From assembly GCA_001818495.1 (NCBI GenBank), contig MHKS01000004.1, positions 84,657 through 148,656 on the forward strand: a stretch of 64,000 nt of DNA. The letters run 5' to 3'. The notes below the pieces were generated by a model, which saw only the letters and a program-made list of their open reading frames with translations, had not been told where the DNA came from and made no database searches. The stretch is from Candidatus Komeilibacteria bacterium RIFOXYD1_FULL_37_29 (GTDB lineage Bacteria; Patescibacteriota; Patescibacteriia; UBA1558; GWA2-36-10). This document shows, one piece after another, positions 1-10,366 of this stretch. The position numbers and the translations under genes were made by a program. Each line of letters begins with the position of its first letter. Position 1 is the stretch's first letter.

Positions 1-859
1 TAGATTTGATCCAGATAGGATTATCTCTACTCGAGCTCCTTATCATAGAGTTAGTCTGGACAATATAACAGCTGGTACCTTCTTTAGTTATTTTGACGAC
101 GATGTAGACACTCTAGCCCAAGCTGTCAACCGAGCGCAACTTCAAATGCAGGATATATTCTTTAGGGTTTACAATCTCAATTGGTCATCTGCTTCTAGCA
201 CTTACCAATATTATGCGGAAACAGATTTGGCTGCCGGTAACCACAGCAATCCTTACGCTGGCCCAGATTATTCTCCACGTATTTTGGCTACTTGTGGCGA
301 TGCTCTTTGTGAGACCGTTGACTCCAGTGGAAACGTAGTTGGTGTAGAACAAGGTATTACTGTCAATGGTATAACGGGTGGTAATTTGATTGGTCTGAGC
401 GGTTCCCTATTTACCAATACTAGATTTTTTTACCATGCCCATCCAGATCATATGCCGGTTTACAGCGTTGACGCTGACTGGGGAGATGGCGTAGTCAACA
501 ATTTTTCACTCAATCCTGGTAAATATAAAAATTCTTTGCCAGAAACTTATTGTGATAAAGATATTGACGCACCAGGAGACGCCAATCCTATTACGCCTGG
601 TCGGGAACCACAGATTATGGGTTTTGGTGGAGAAGACAGAGCTTGTCAGCCGGGGTATAAGGTTTTCTACCATGATTATTTGTATGATGATACCAGAAAC
701 CATGATTGTAATGGCACGGCCAGTGGCGCTCCTGGTACGCCAGCCAAACCAACTATATCAAATGCCTCTTGCTATCAGCCGCGTATCAGAGTAATGGACA
801 ATTGGGGTTGGTTTAGAGTGGTACCTTTTGATGGTTGGATAATAGTCTATGCTGAATAA
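1..859 (+). CDS. C-terminal part of a large secreted/surface protein (starts upstream of window)
   Basis: Frame of ORF 146..859 is open back to position 2 (RFDPDRIISTRAPYHRV...); Gly/Asn/Cys-rich with DWGDG and DNWGW motifs; directly upstream of the VirB6-like gene. Confidence 0.7.
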   Translation, partial: RFDPDRIISTRAPYHRVSLDNITAGTFFSYFDDDVDTLAQAVNRAQLQMQDIFFRVYNLNWSSASSTYQYYAETDLAAGNHSNPYAGPDYSPRILATCGDALCETVDSSGNVVGVEQGITVNGITGGNLIGLSGSLFTNTRFFYHAHPDHMPVYSVDADWGDGVVNNFSLNPGKYKNSLPETYCDKDIDAPGDANPITPGREPQIMGFGGEDRACQPGYKVFYHDYLYDDTRNHDCNGTASGAPGTPAKPTISNASCYQPRIRVMDNWGWFRVVPFDGWIIVYAE

Positions 860-898
860 TCTTTTGGGATAAATTTTCAATAAAGATAAGATATTAAT

Positions 899-3800
899 AT
901 GGAATTTAAAAAACATAAATTAATCAGCCGCTTCCCTTATTTGGCGACCATTTTTAGCTTGCTGATGTTTTTGCCAAATAGGGTTTTGGCAGTGGACCCA
1001 TTTACTAGATTGATTGGCGACGCGATTTGGAGCTTTTTTGTCTATCCGATGATTTGGGCCTTACAACTAGAATTGGCCATATTGAAGTTAGTAGCCAGAT
1101 ACAATAATTTTACCAATGAAGGTGGAGTAATCTTGGGTTGGATAGCGCTACGCGATCTTTCCAATATGTTTTTTATTCTGATACTTTTGGTGATTGCTTT
1201 TGCCACAATACTTAGAATTTCCAGTTATGGTTATCAGCAACTATTAAAGCGCACACTGATTATTGCTATTTTGATAAACTTTTCCAAAACCATCGTTGGT
1301 TTTGTGATTGATATCGCTCAGATTGTTATGTTGACTTTTATCTCAGCGGTAGACGATATATTGACCGGCGGAGTAGTAGTGGCTATCGGACTTCAAAAAT
1401 TTACCACCATTAATATTTTGGGTGATGGCATGGATTATGCTGATTATATTACCTCTTTGGTCATGGGGGCTCTACTAGTGGCTATACTTTTAGTAGTTAT
1501 TGGTATTATGGTGATGATGCTGACGATGAGAATTATAGCTTTATGGGTAGCGATTATTTTAGCACCGCTAGCTTTTGTGGCTAGTATTTTTCCAGCCACC
1601 AACAGCTTTTATAACACCTGGATAAAGCAACTGGGTAGCAATTTGGTCTCTGGGCCGATGCTGGCGTTTTTTCTGTGGCTGACCTTTTCTATTGTGGGAA
1701 ATGGAGAGGCATATAAAAGTTTTATGGAATCGGGCACCACTCCGGGGGATGGAGCTACAGAATTTTTGGGTACTAGTAATTTGGTAAATTATATAGTAGC
1801 CATTTCTTTGCTACTGACGGGTATTAAAATAGCGGCTAGTTCGGGAGCCGCTGGAGCCAGTTTTGCGGCCAAAGGCATGGGACTGATGCAAAAAACAGCC
1901 GGTAAACTTTATAGGCGTTATCCAAAAGCCCTGGGTATGAGAGTAGCTTCTGGTGTAGCTGGTCGAGTTGTTGATAAGGATGGTAATTTGAGAACAGGTT
2001 TCAAGACGCTAGGTAAAATACCTTTTTATGGCGGTCGCTTACAAAGAGGAGCTATGAACGTTAAAGGTAGAAATGCTGCTAGAATAATGGAGGAAAAAGC
2101 TGAAGACGAAAAATATCTTTTGCCACAGCACAAGGTGGTCTATGAAAAAACCTATGGAGCGGGAGCTAGTAGTAAATTTAAAGTAGGAAAAATACCTTTG
2201 GGTAAAATATATTCCAAGGTGGGTTCTTGGGGAGGTGACAAGGAAAGAGAAGCTATGATGTATCAGAATATGTTGGCTCGCGGCGAAATTAATGTTGGCA
2301 ATGCCGATAAAGCCACCAACGCCTTGCGTGATCTTGGTGATGAAGCTGGTATGCAAAAAATACAATCCCAATATTGGACCTTTAAAGATAAGGCAGAAGC
2401 CAAACGTTTGATAGAAAAGGGAGGATTGGGGACTGTATTGGATAGTGTAAAAACAGATAATCTTAGAGAAAAGGTTATAGATCCAAAAACAGGCAAGGTC
2501 GAAATGGAAAAATATATAGACCCAGCAACCGGTGAAACCAAGGAAAGAGAAAAAATTCGAGTAAAAGAGTCTACCCAATATGCTTTGGAAGCCATTGCTA
2601 ATCCGGAGCATGGACAGGCAGATCACAATACTATAGCCAAGTATATTTTGAAGTGGAGCAAAGAAGACAGGGGTACTTTGATGACTATTGTTAAAGATAG
2701 TTTTGATTTTGCTAAGCATTTTACAGGAGAAACGTTGGATTCAAAAGATGGTTATCAGCCAGACAAAAGAAACTTTATTCCATCTAGGTTATCAAACGAA
2801 GCTGTGATGTGGGCTCAGGTGACAGGAAAGATTTACCCTCAAATGTTGGGGGATGAGTTTGGTGATGATGGTAAATTGAAGCTATTTGGTGCAGATAGGT
2901 ATTATCATGCAGCTGGTTACCGAGATTTAAAAGAGTCGTATGTAGTACCTGGCCAAATAGCTAGTAGATTGCAACAACAACACGGAGAAACCAATGTTCA
3001 ATTTAAGAAAAGAAAGCAACATGCTGAAGCCCTTGATGTTGTAAAATTAGACGATGCCAGCACCTTACATCAAGCATTGCGAGGACGTTATGTGACTAAA
3101 GATGCGAGTGGTAAAGATGTCATTGATAAAGAGAAATTCGTTGAATATAGGCAAAAGATGTATAGGCAGATATTGAATTTAGATGCTTATACAGAAAATT
3201 TACAAGGTAAGAAGCGATCTGATTTTCACAATAATGATCATATCTATAATAATAATTTAACCATTGCTGAACAAGCAGAGCAATTGGCTAGAAAATATGT
3301 AGCTCCAGAAACAGCTCGCGGAGATTTAATAATTCAAAAAGACAATCCGGCCAAAGAAGGAGAACCAGATTATGAAGTTAGGAAATTACATAGAGGTAAT
3401 TTTGCTACTCAAACAGCTTATGCTGATTATCTTGATAATTTGCAAAGAGCTACCAGAGAAATAGAGAAAATATTGGCTATTAAAATGGAAGATGTTGATA
3501 AAGATTTTGATGATAAATTTGGTGAAGGTGCTTTTGAAAGAGAAAAAAGAAGGATGGTAGCAGAAGTGGTTGATGATAAGCGAACAGCTCATGATTTAGT
3601 ATCCAAGAGTATCTGGGGAGAAGTTCAAGATGGAGCGCCTGGGGAAAGACTGGCAGAAGTAAATACTGGTAATATTCATGAAGCAGTTATGCTTGATCAT
3701 GCTCTTGATTCATCTGAAAATCAGCAACAAGCTCAAGCATTTAAAGTAACTACCCCTGAGCAGACGCAATATATAGTAGATAAACTAGCCGAGCTTGGTA

Positions 3801-4270
3801 AACAGCCCCAGAAGATATTATTAGAAAATATCCCAAAGGTTCTAGCGGCTGAGGCTATGCAGAAATTTAATGATGTCAAGGCTCTACAAGCTGGTGTCTT
3901 GCCTCAGGACTTGTTGTTATTGGGAGCTGATTTGAGAAAAATATCGGTAGTTTTAAAAACTATGGCCAATCAACAAAACATGACGGTTTCTCAGATATTA
4001 AAAAAAGATAAGGCTTTAGAGGGGTATATAACAAGTTTGCAAAAGATACATGAGAATAACACAAATATTAATCAAGGCATGCTGGTGATAGATAATGCAC
4101 CGCCAGGAGTCAACAGCCCAGAATTGGAAAAATTGATGGAAGAAGCAGATATTGAAGGTGTACAAAGTGCTGGTTATTTGGTTAATGGAGTGGTGCAAAA
4201 AAAAGTGAAAGCTGAAGTGGATAAAAAAACTAAGGGATCTTCAGAAGATAGCGACAAAGAAAAAACCTAG
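899..4270 (+). CDS. VirB6/TrbL-like T4SS membrane protein with very long hydrophilic C-terminal extension
   Basis: N-terminal ~320 aa multi-TM (W..LRDLSNMFFILILLVIAFATIL, RIIALWVAIILAPLAF) then ~800 aa charged tail. Confidence 0.7.
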   Translation: MEFKKHKLISRFPYLATIFSLLMFLPNRVLAVDPFTRLIGDAIWSFFVYPMIWALQLELAILKLVARYNNFTNEGGVILGWIALRDLSNMFFILILLVIAFATILRISSYGYQQLLKRTLIIAILINFSKTIVGFVIDIAQIVMLTFISAVDDILTGGVVVAIGLQKFTTINILGDGMDYADYITSLVMGALLVAILLVVIGIMVMMLTMRIIALWVAIILAPLAFVASIFPATNSFYNTWIKQLGSNLVSGPMLAFFLWLTFSIVGNGEAYKSFMESGTTPGDGATEFLGTSNLVNYIVAISLLLTGIKIAASSGAAGASFAAKGMGLMQKTAGKLYRRYPKALGMRVASGVAGRVVDKDGNLRTGFKTLGKIPFYGGRLQRGAMNVKGRNAARIMEEKAEDEKYLLPQHKVVYEKTYGAGASSKFKVGKIPLGKIYSKVGSWGGDKEREAMMYQNMLARGEINVGNADKATNALRDLGDEAGMQKIQSQYWTFKDKAEAKRLIEKGGLGTVLDSVKTDNLREKVIDPKTGKVEMEKYIDPATGETKEREKIRVKESTQYALEAIANPEHGQADHNTIAKYILKWSKEDRGTLMTIVKDSFDFAKHFTGETLDSKDGYQPDKRNFIPSRLSNEAVMWAQVTGKIYPQMLGDEFGDDGKLKLFGADRYYHAAGYRDLKESYVVPGQIASRLQQQHGETNVQFKKRKQHAEALDVVKLDDASTLHQALRGRYVTKDASGKDVIDKEKFVEYRQKMYRQILNLDAYTENLQGKKRSDFHNNDHIYNNNLTIAEQAEQLARKYVAPETARGDLIIQKDNPAKEGEPDYEVRKLHRGNFATQTAYADYLDNLQRATREIEKILAIKMEDVDKDFDDKFGEGAFEREKRRMVAEVVDDKRTAHDLVSKSIWGEVQDGAPGERLAEVNTGNIHEAVMLDHALDSSENQQQAQAFKVTTPEQTQYIVDKLAELGKQPQKILLENIPKVLAAEAMQKFNDVKALQAGVLPQDLLLLGADLRKISVVLKTMANQQNMTVSQILKKDKALEGYITSLQKIHENNTNINQGMLVIDNAPPGVNSPELEKLMEEADIEGVQSAGYLVNGVVQKKVKAEVDKKTKGSSEDSDKEKT

Positions 4271-4351
4271 AGGCAGTACAGAAAATTTAGGAGAATAATT
4301 TCGTCAGGCCAGAAAATAAAAATAGAATAAAAATTAAAACATTCTAGGCAT

Positions 4352-5608
4352 ATGATGCCAAAAAATCTTTGGTTACAATTTCCGGAAGAGATAATGTTTT
4401 TTATCGCTAATGAAGTTGAACAGCTAGTTTATGATATAGCTGCTAAATTTGAATTGTCCGGCGAACAAGAAATGTATATCTTTGATCTAGCCGATGATAT
4501 TTTTTTGAAAAAAATCAGCATTTTGGATTTGCCTAATTATTTGGATAAAATACCCCAGGCCAAGGGAGTGGATGTGCGGCTTTTGGCACTGGACTTGGCT
4601 TATAAGGTCTTTTGGCCACTACAGGATTATTTAGGAGGAGTGGATCGTTTGATTTTACGTTTGGGCGGCAAGGTACCTAGACAAAAGACCCTGCAGGCCG
4701 GCTCTAAAGATGATAATAAGCTTTTTAATGGTACTGAGCAAAGTACTGTCAGTAAAATGTTGGAGCGTTATAAAAATTTTGCTAGTTTACGGCTCACGGC
4801 TAATAAAATTGTAAATAAAGCGGGGCACATAGTGCCGCCCATAGTGGCAAATTGGATTGAAGATTATGTACATTTTTTGGGAGCAGGAAACCACAATTCT
4901 TTAAAAAGAGCTCAATATCTTTCTAAAGCAGCCAATGCTTTAAAAGTGAGCGAAAAAGAAAGAGAAAGATTGCGTTATTTTTTTGTTTCTTATGATGAAA
5001 ATTCCCTAGTATTTTTTCATCTTGATCAAGGTATATTGATGGTTGAGGAAATACAGGAACAGGAAAAAACACCAGTAGCCGAAAATGCTAGTATAGACAT
5101 TTCCCAGACTTTGGATAATTTTTATCAAAATTTACGGTCTTTAGATAATAAAATAGTTTCCGCCAATATTATTATGTCTGAAGCTGAAAATAATCCCAAT
5201 AAAGTCCGAGATATTCTGTGGCAGGCCATGGGTATTGGTGATAAAGACAAAGCTTTGGGCTGTCTACGTGTTTTGATAACCAAAAAATCTTTTGATCAAA
5301 TGATCAAAGAGGATAGTCGTTTTAAAAATATTTTAAAGAGATTTATTGGTGTCAAATACGGTCAAAATATGGAACGGGCTTTGGATGAAAATATAGATCA
5401 GCTGATAGTTAGGCGTATTTTTTTGGAGATGATTTTATCCGAAAAATTAAGATTATCAGAGGAGGATGCTTATAGTACGGCTTTTTATCTGACCAATATT
5501 ATACCCGGTTCTGGACAGGTAGTTTATCTAGATAAGAGGAGTAAGGCATTTAGGTGGTTAGAAATTCAGGTGGTGGCCAATAAATTTTCTTGGGTTGATA
5601 AAATATAA
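4352..5608 (+). CDS. hypothetical protein (T4SS-locus associated)
   Basis: 418-aa ORF, no recognised motif. Confidence 0.6.
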   Translation: MMPKNLWLQFPEEIMFFIANEVEQLVYDIAAKFELSGEQEMYIFDLADDIFLKKISILDLPNYLDKIPQAKGVDVRLLALDLAYKVFWPLQDYLGGVDRLILRLGGKVPRQKTLQAGSKDDNKLFNGTEQSTVSKMLERYKNFASLRLTANKIVNKAGHIVPPIVANWIEDYVHFLGAGNHNSLKRAQYLSKAANALKVSEKERERLRYFFVSYDENSLVFFHLDQGILMVEEIQEQEKTPVAENASIDISQTLDNFYQNLRSLDNKIVSANIIMSEAENNPNKVRDILWQAMGIGDKDKALGCLRVLITKKSFDQMIKEDSRFKNILKRFIGVKYGQNMERALDENIDQLIVRRIFLEMILSEKLRLSEEDAYSTAFYLTNIIPGSGQVVYLDKRSKAFRWLEIQVVANKFSWVDKI

Positions 5609-5646
5609 GATTGTTTATAGTGTGAGTTATTTATTTTAATTTAAAA

Positions 5647-5667
5647 CCCGCGGCCATAGGCCGCGGG
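5647..5667. terminator. GC-only hairpin between convergent genes
   Basis: CCCGCGGCC-ATA-GGCCGCGGG perfect 9-bp stem. Confidence 0.6.
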
Positions 5668-5674
5668 ATATTTG

Positions 5675-6841
5675 TTATTTAAATTTCCAGACAGTAATTT
5701 GTCTTTTGACTTTTTGATCTTCGCGACTATAGATAATATCCTCTTTGAGCTGGTAATCAAAACCTAGTCGGGAAATATTTTTTTTATCTAAAGTATAAAT
5801 ATCTTGGCCAGCAATATTAAAAACCGGGAAGATAAAGATTATTTGGCCAGCAGGGGAGAGTATTTTTTGGAATTTTTCAAAAGCTGTTTGGTAGAGGTTT
5901 TGCAGGTCTTTTTGAATAGTTAGTAGATTGTGGGAGCTTCTTTGCTGGCTAATAAAGCGAGCATCACCCATAAAAGGTTCACTAACTATCAGATCGATGG
6001 AGTTGGTTTCAAAATTTTGGTCTATATTTTTTACATCAATAACCTTTATTTTTAGATCAGCCTTTAGAGCAAAATTTTTGCTCAACCAATCTAAGTTTTG
6101 TTTGGTTTCTTCGACAGCCTGGGAGCTGATATCAGAGCCATAGATTTTTTTATAACCCAAAAGCATAGCTTCTTGTAGGATGGTACCGGAACCGCAAAAG
6201 GGGTCTAAGAGACTTTTATTGGTGTCATAGCCAGCTAAATTGACTAGCATGCGAGCGACTTTGGGTGGCAACATGCCACTTCGATTATCGCGATAAGGTC
6301 TGGCCATATCCCTAAAACCATAAGAAACAAAATCTTGTACAGTCCTAGTTATTCCCAGTAGGTACTCTTCGTGGTTTTTTATAATCAGTAGTTCATGATC
6401 GAGTAATTTATTTTTAGCTACTATGACTGATGATAAGACTGCTTCTTGGCCAGTGACCAAGCGGCTTTTGTATTTTTTCTCTCGTAGTATTTTTTTTAAT
6501 TGAAAGGCAACTTTTTTTATATTTTGATAATTATTATTGCTGTCATTATAAAGACTAAAGCCAAAACAGTTTTTACTAGTTGGTTTCAGATTGTTTTTTA
6601 GAATATCATACCAGAGACTAGTATTTAAGTCTGATAAATTTTTTATAGTTTGAATATATTGGCCGACTTTGATAGTGCCCCCCAAGATATTGATCAGTTC
6701 CTGAGGTGTTTGGTTAGCCGATATTACTGCAAAATTTGTGCCAGTTAGCTCTATTTGGCCATTTGAGGAGCTCAAAACAGCTGCCAGCTCTTGACGAGCT
6801 AGCGCAGAGGATTGTCCTAGTATTAGCAGGTATTTATTCAT
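5675..6841 (-). CDS. SAM-dependent RNA methyltransferase, Trm11/UPF0020-like
   Basis: GMLPPKVARMLVNL, LDPFCGSGTILQEA, SEPFMG motifs. Confidence 0.75.
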   Translation of the reverse strand: MNKYLLILGQSSALARQELAAVLSSSNGQIELTGTNFAVISANQTPQELINILGGTIKVGQYIQTIKNLSDLNTSLWYDILKNNLKPTSKNCFGFSLYNDSNNNYQNIKKVAFQLKKILREKKYKSRLVTGQEAVLSSVIVAKNKLLDHELLIIKNHEEYLLGITRTVQDFVSYGFRDMARPYRDNRSGMLPPKVARMLVNLAGYDTNKSLLDPFCGSGTILQEAMLLGYKKIYGSDISSQAVEETKQNLDWLSKNFALKADLKIKVIDVKNIDQNFETNSIDLIVSEPFMGDARFISQQRSSHNLLTIQKDLQNLYQTAFEKFQKILSPAGQIIFIFPVFNIAGQDIYTLDKKNISRLGFDYQLKEDIIYSREDQKVKRQITVWKFK

Positions 6842-6889
6842 AACTATTATATAATAGTGTAAATTATATTTTTAGGCAATATTTCAGTA

Positions 6890-6918
6890 TTGACTTATCT
6901 ACTAAATTGTGTTAAATT
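6890..6918 (+). promoter_or_regulatory. sigma70 promoter of rpsF operon
   Basis: TTGACT-17 bp-TAAATT with TG extended -10. Confidence 0.6.
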
Positions 6919-7009
6919 GCGCTCAAGTTAATATATCTTAATTAACCACGCTCCTCTTATTAACTGTAGGGGGCCCTTGATCACAAAATCAAGGTAATTA
7001 GATAGAAAA

Positions 7010-7522
7010 ATGAAATACGAACTATCTTTTATTATTAGTCCGGCTATCGCTGAAACAGATCATACATCTGTTAATCAGGAGGCATTGGACTATCTCAAAG
7101 GCATCGATGCTAAAGTCACTCGAGAGCCTTATTTTATGGGCCGCAGAAAGTTGGCCTACCCTATTGCCAAGCAAAAGCATGGTTTTTATGTTTGCCTGGA
7201 GTTTGAAGTAGCTGATGGCAAAAAATTGCCAGAGTTGGACACCAAATTAAAGCACAATACTAGCTTGTTGCGTTATTTGATTATTCGATTGGAAAATCGT
7301 ACTCAAAATGTAACAGTTGATTTTGCTAAAATGGAAGAAAGAGACCGAGCTAAAACAAAAGTAATGGCTAATAAAAAATCAAAAACTCCAACGACCCGAG
7401 CTCCTTTTAAGAGAGAGACTTATTTCAGTAAAAGCAAGCCAGAGGCTACTCAACCAAAAGTAAGGCTGGAAGATATTGATAAGAGATTGGATGAAATTTT
7501 GGAAGATCCAAAAATTGATTAA
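7010..7522 (+). CDS. rpsF: 30S ribosomal protein S6 with C-terminal extension
   Basis: MKYELSFII, GRRKLAYPI, LLRYLII; rpsF-ssb-rpsR synteny. Confidence 0.95.
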   Translation: MKYELSFIISPAIAETDHTSVNQEALDYLKGIDAKVTREPYFMGRRKLAYPIAKQKHGFYVCLEFEVADGKKLPELDTKLKHNTSLLRYLIIRLENRTQNVTVDFAKMEERDRAKTKVMANKKSKTPTTRAPFKRETYFSKSKPEATQPKVRLEDIDKRLDEILEDPKID

Positions 7523-7540
7523 TTTTATTAAGATAATTAT

Positions 7541-8017
7541 ATGAATTTGAACAAAGCAATGATCATCGGCAATGTAGTACGCGATCCAGAAATGCGTAGT
7601 ACTCCTAGTGGTCAAAATGTCAGCTCTTTTTCAGTGGCTACCAACAGAGTGTGGAATGATACCAATGGTCAAAAACAGGAAAAGGTGGAGTTTCATAATG
7701 TAGTCGCTTGGCGTCGTCTGGCTGAAATCAGCAATCAATATTTAAAGAAAGGATCAAAAGTCTATGTTGAAGGCAGATTACAAACAAGATCCTGGGATGA
7801 CCCCAATGGTGTTAAAAGATATCGGACCGAAATTATTTTAGAAAATATGATTATGTTGGACAGGTCTGGTGGAGTTTCTTCTGCTGCTGGCTCTTTCAAT
7901 ACTGAGCAACCTTCTATGGACAAAACACCAGTCGTCGATGTAGAACAAAGCGGAGTTTCTAAAAATAAAGCTAGTGACTCAGATGAGGAAATTAGCATTG
8001 AAGATATTCCATTTTAA
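7541..8017 (+). CDS. ssb: single-stranded DNA-binding protein
   Basis: LNKAMIIGN, VYVEGRLQTRSW, C-terminal EDIPF. Confidence 0.97.
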   Translation: MNLNKAMIIGNVVRDPEMRSTPSGQNVSSFSVATNRVWNDTNGQKQEKVEFHNVVAWRRLAEISNQYLKKGSKVYVEGRLQTRSWDDPNGVKRYRTEIILENMIMLDRSGGVSSAAGSFNTEQPSMDKTPVVDVEQSGVSKNKASDSDEEISIEDIPF

Positions 8018-8041
8018 AAACCAATTAATACAAAGTTTAAT

Positions 8042-8260
8042 ATGCATAAAAAACAAACCAGTAAATATTGTCATTTTTGTGTCAACAATATTTCCGATAT
8101 TGATTACAAAAATTGGCAGCAATTAAAACGCTTTACTTCTTCTTATGGAAAAATAGTACCAAAAAGAAGAAACGGTGTTTGCTCAAAACATCAAAGAAAA
8201 ATGGCTCAAGCTATCAAACGGGCTCGTTTTATGGCACTTTTGCCTTATGTAGCCAAATAA
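8042..8260 (+). CDS. rpsR: 30S ribosomal protein S18
   Basis: CHFC..IDYKN..KHQRKMAQAIKRARFMALLPY. Confidence 0.97.
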   Translation: MHKKQTSKYCHFCVNNISDIDYKNWQQLKRFTSSYGKIVPKRRNGVCSKHQRKMAQAIKRARFMALLPYVAK

Positions 8261-8264
8261 GATT

Positions 8265-8822
8265 ATGTTGTCACTGAGTGATTTAAAATTAGGACGAGTG
8301 ATATCGGTCAATGAAGAGCCCTATCAGATTGTGTTTAATCAGCACATCAAAGTAGCTCGTGGTGGAGCAGTGGTTAAAACCAAACTCAAAAATTTGATTT
8401 CCGGAAATACTTTGGAAAAAACTTTTTCTGGTTCGGATGATATCATGGAAGCCGACATTAACCGTACCAAAGCCAATTTTCTTTATAAACAAGAAGATAC
8501 TTTTCATTTTATGGACAATGAAAGTTTTGAGCAGTTTCAATTTTCAGAAAATGATTTGGGCGATTTAGTAAAATATCTAATCGAAGGTCAGGAAGTAGAT
8601 GTTTTGGTTTTCAATGACCGACCGGTTTCTATAGCCTTACCGACTAAAATTAAATTAGAGGTCAAATCAGCACCAGAAGGTGTCAAAGGTAATAGTGCGG
8701 GAGCTATTACTAAAACAGTGGTTTTAGAAAATGACTTAGAATTGAGAACGCCATTGTTTATTAAATCTGGGGACAGAATTGTTGTTAATACCGAGACGGG
8801 AGAATATGTAGAAAGAGCTTAA
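8265..8822 (+). CDS. efp: elongation factor P
   Basis: KVARGGA loop (Arg-type), PLFIKSGDRIVVNTETGEYVERA. Confidence 0.95.
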   Translation: MLSLSDLKLGRVISVNEEPYQIVFNQHIKVARGGAVVKTKLKNLISGNTLEKTFSGSDDIMEADINRTKANFLYKQEDTFHFMDNESFEQFQFSENDLGDLVKYLIEGQEVDVLVFNDRPVSIALPTKIKLEVKSAPEGVKGNSAGAITKTVVLENDLELRTPLFIKSGDRIVVNTETGEYVERA

Positions 8823-8840
8823 TTTTTTCATATATTTTTT

Positions 8841-8885
8841 AAACACCACCACTCAAAGCTTTAACGCCGGGCGGTGGTGTTTTTT
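8841..8885 (+). terminator. intrinsic terminator after efp
   Basis: AAACACCACC...GGTGGTGTTT followed by T-run. Confidence 0.7.
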
Positions 8886-9019
8886 ATTGTTTAATTGTTG
8901 GCTATAAATACTCAAATATGTTATAATATACTCACAATAGTTATCTACTGAAATGGTCTGAGAAGTTTTTAAAACAAAGCTTAGTAGCTAGCAAAAATAA
9001 AAATAATATACTCCAATTC

Positions 9020-10363
9020 ATGGACTTTGCAAATAATACAACCGTTAATATTTTAGATAACGACAACTGGTCTTCTTCGCTTTTGGTCAAAGATGAAAAG
9101 GGTAATTTGACTTACCTCAAAAATAAAGCACCCCAGATCAAGCTTGGCCCAGAGTCGCAAATTGATGTAGTTTCTGAAGGTGATTTAGCACCTCGGGATG
9201 CTTCTTTTATTTCACTGCCCAATATTTACGGCTCTTCTTCGGATAAAGCAGAACTTGTTTTTCATCCGCACGACAAGCAGGAGTTGGATTTTTTTGCTAA
9301 AAATGTACCACTAGATGATAGTAAAAAATATAGTATAGAAAAAATTGTGGCTCGCATTATTGCCAAGCAAGAGTTGGATTTTGATGAGAAAAATGCCAAA
9401 CTTTTTACTAATATTTTATACAATTTTTTCCGAAGTAGAAAAAGTGCGGCTATCGTGAGAGAGCTTTTGAGTAAAAATGTTTCATTGAAAAATAAACCAC
9501 TAGCGGGAGAAAATTTAGATACCATATTGTCTGTTATTAAAGTTATAAAAAATAAAATTGACTTGGCTGGGGGATTGGTAGTCAATCAAGCAGAATTAGC
9601 CCTTAAACAGGAGACAAGTGTTAAGTTGGAAATACCGACCATCAAAATAGAGGAAACAAACAATAACCAAAAATCAGCTCAAGACGAGATCAAAGATATG
9701 TTAAAAGGCGCTTTGCCAAAAGTAGAAGCCAAAATTATTGAAACAACAGTTGAGGACAAAAGTAAGATAAAGGATAAACAGGGAGTTCAACCAGCGGCTG
9801 GATTTTCTATTCCGGCGGGGTCAAAGGAACTTGATAAAAAACCGATTGTTAGTAACCCAAAGACCGATATAGTGGCTAGTAATAAAATTTTGGAGATTAA
9901 ACTAGATAGTCCGGAAGAAAAAATAGATATATCTTTACCCAAAGTATCTAGACCGGGTATTTCGCAAACTCCTAGGCGGTCTATGAGCGATGTTTTTACG
10001 CCAGCCAAAGAAGACGCTTCTTTTCTATCCAGGGCAACTTTAATGGGGCCAGTACAAGAATTGCAATCTTTTGATTTAATTGCTTTTCGTCGTTTGGGAA
10101 ATACTGCTGAAGAAAGAGTCCAAAAAGTGTTTGATCGGATAAATTTATTAGAGCAGGATTCTTATACTAAAAAAGCTCAAGGCATTGCTGCTTGGAGAGA
10201 GAGTGGTGTTTATAAATTATATCTTAAGCTAGGAGCAGATAGCATGATTGCTGGTCGGCAAGTGGCTGATTATATAGCAGACAAAGCAAATAAAAACGAA
10301 GATACTTTGAGTGTAGCCGAATTTTCAGCTATTTCTGATTTAAATAAGCAATTGAGGTTTTAA
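9020..10363 (+). CDS. hypothetical protein, first gene of the PrgI-VirB4 operon
   Basis: 447-aa ORF ending 3 nt before PrgI. Confidence 0.65.
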   Translation: MDFANNTTVNILDNDNWSSSLLVKDEKGNLTYLKNKAPQIKLGPESQIDVVSEGDLAPRDASFISLPNIYGSSSDKAELVFHPHDKQELDFFAKNVPLDDSKKYSIEKIVARIIAKQELDFDEKNAKLFTNILYNFFRSRKSAAIVRELLSKNVSLKNKPLAGENLDTILSVIKVIKNKIDLAGGLVVNQAELALKQETSVKLEIPTIKIEETNNNQKSAQDEIKDMLKGALPKVEAKIIETTVEDKSKIKDKQGVQPAAGFSIPAGSKELDKKPIVSNPKTDIVASNKILEIKLDSPEEKIDISLPKVSRPGISQTPRRSMSDVFTPAKEDASFLSRATLMGPVQELQSFDLIAFRRLGNTAEERVQKVFDRINLLEQDSYTKKAQGIAAWRESGVYKLYLKLGADSMIAGRQVADYIADKANKNEDTLSVAEFSAISDLNKQLRF

Positions 10364-10366
10364 GCT

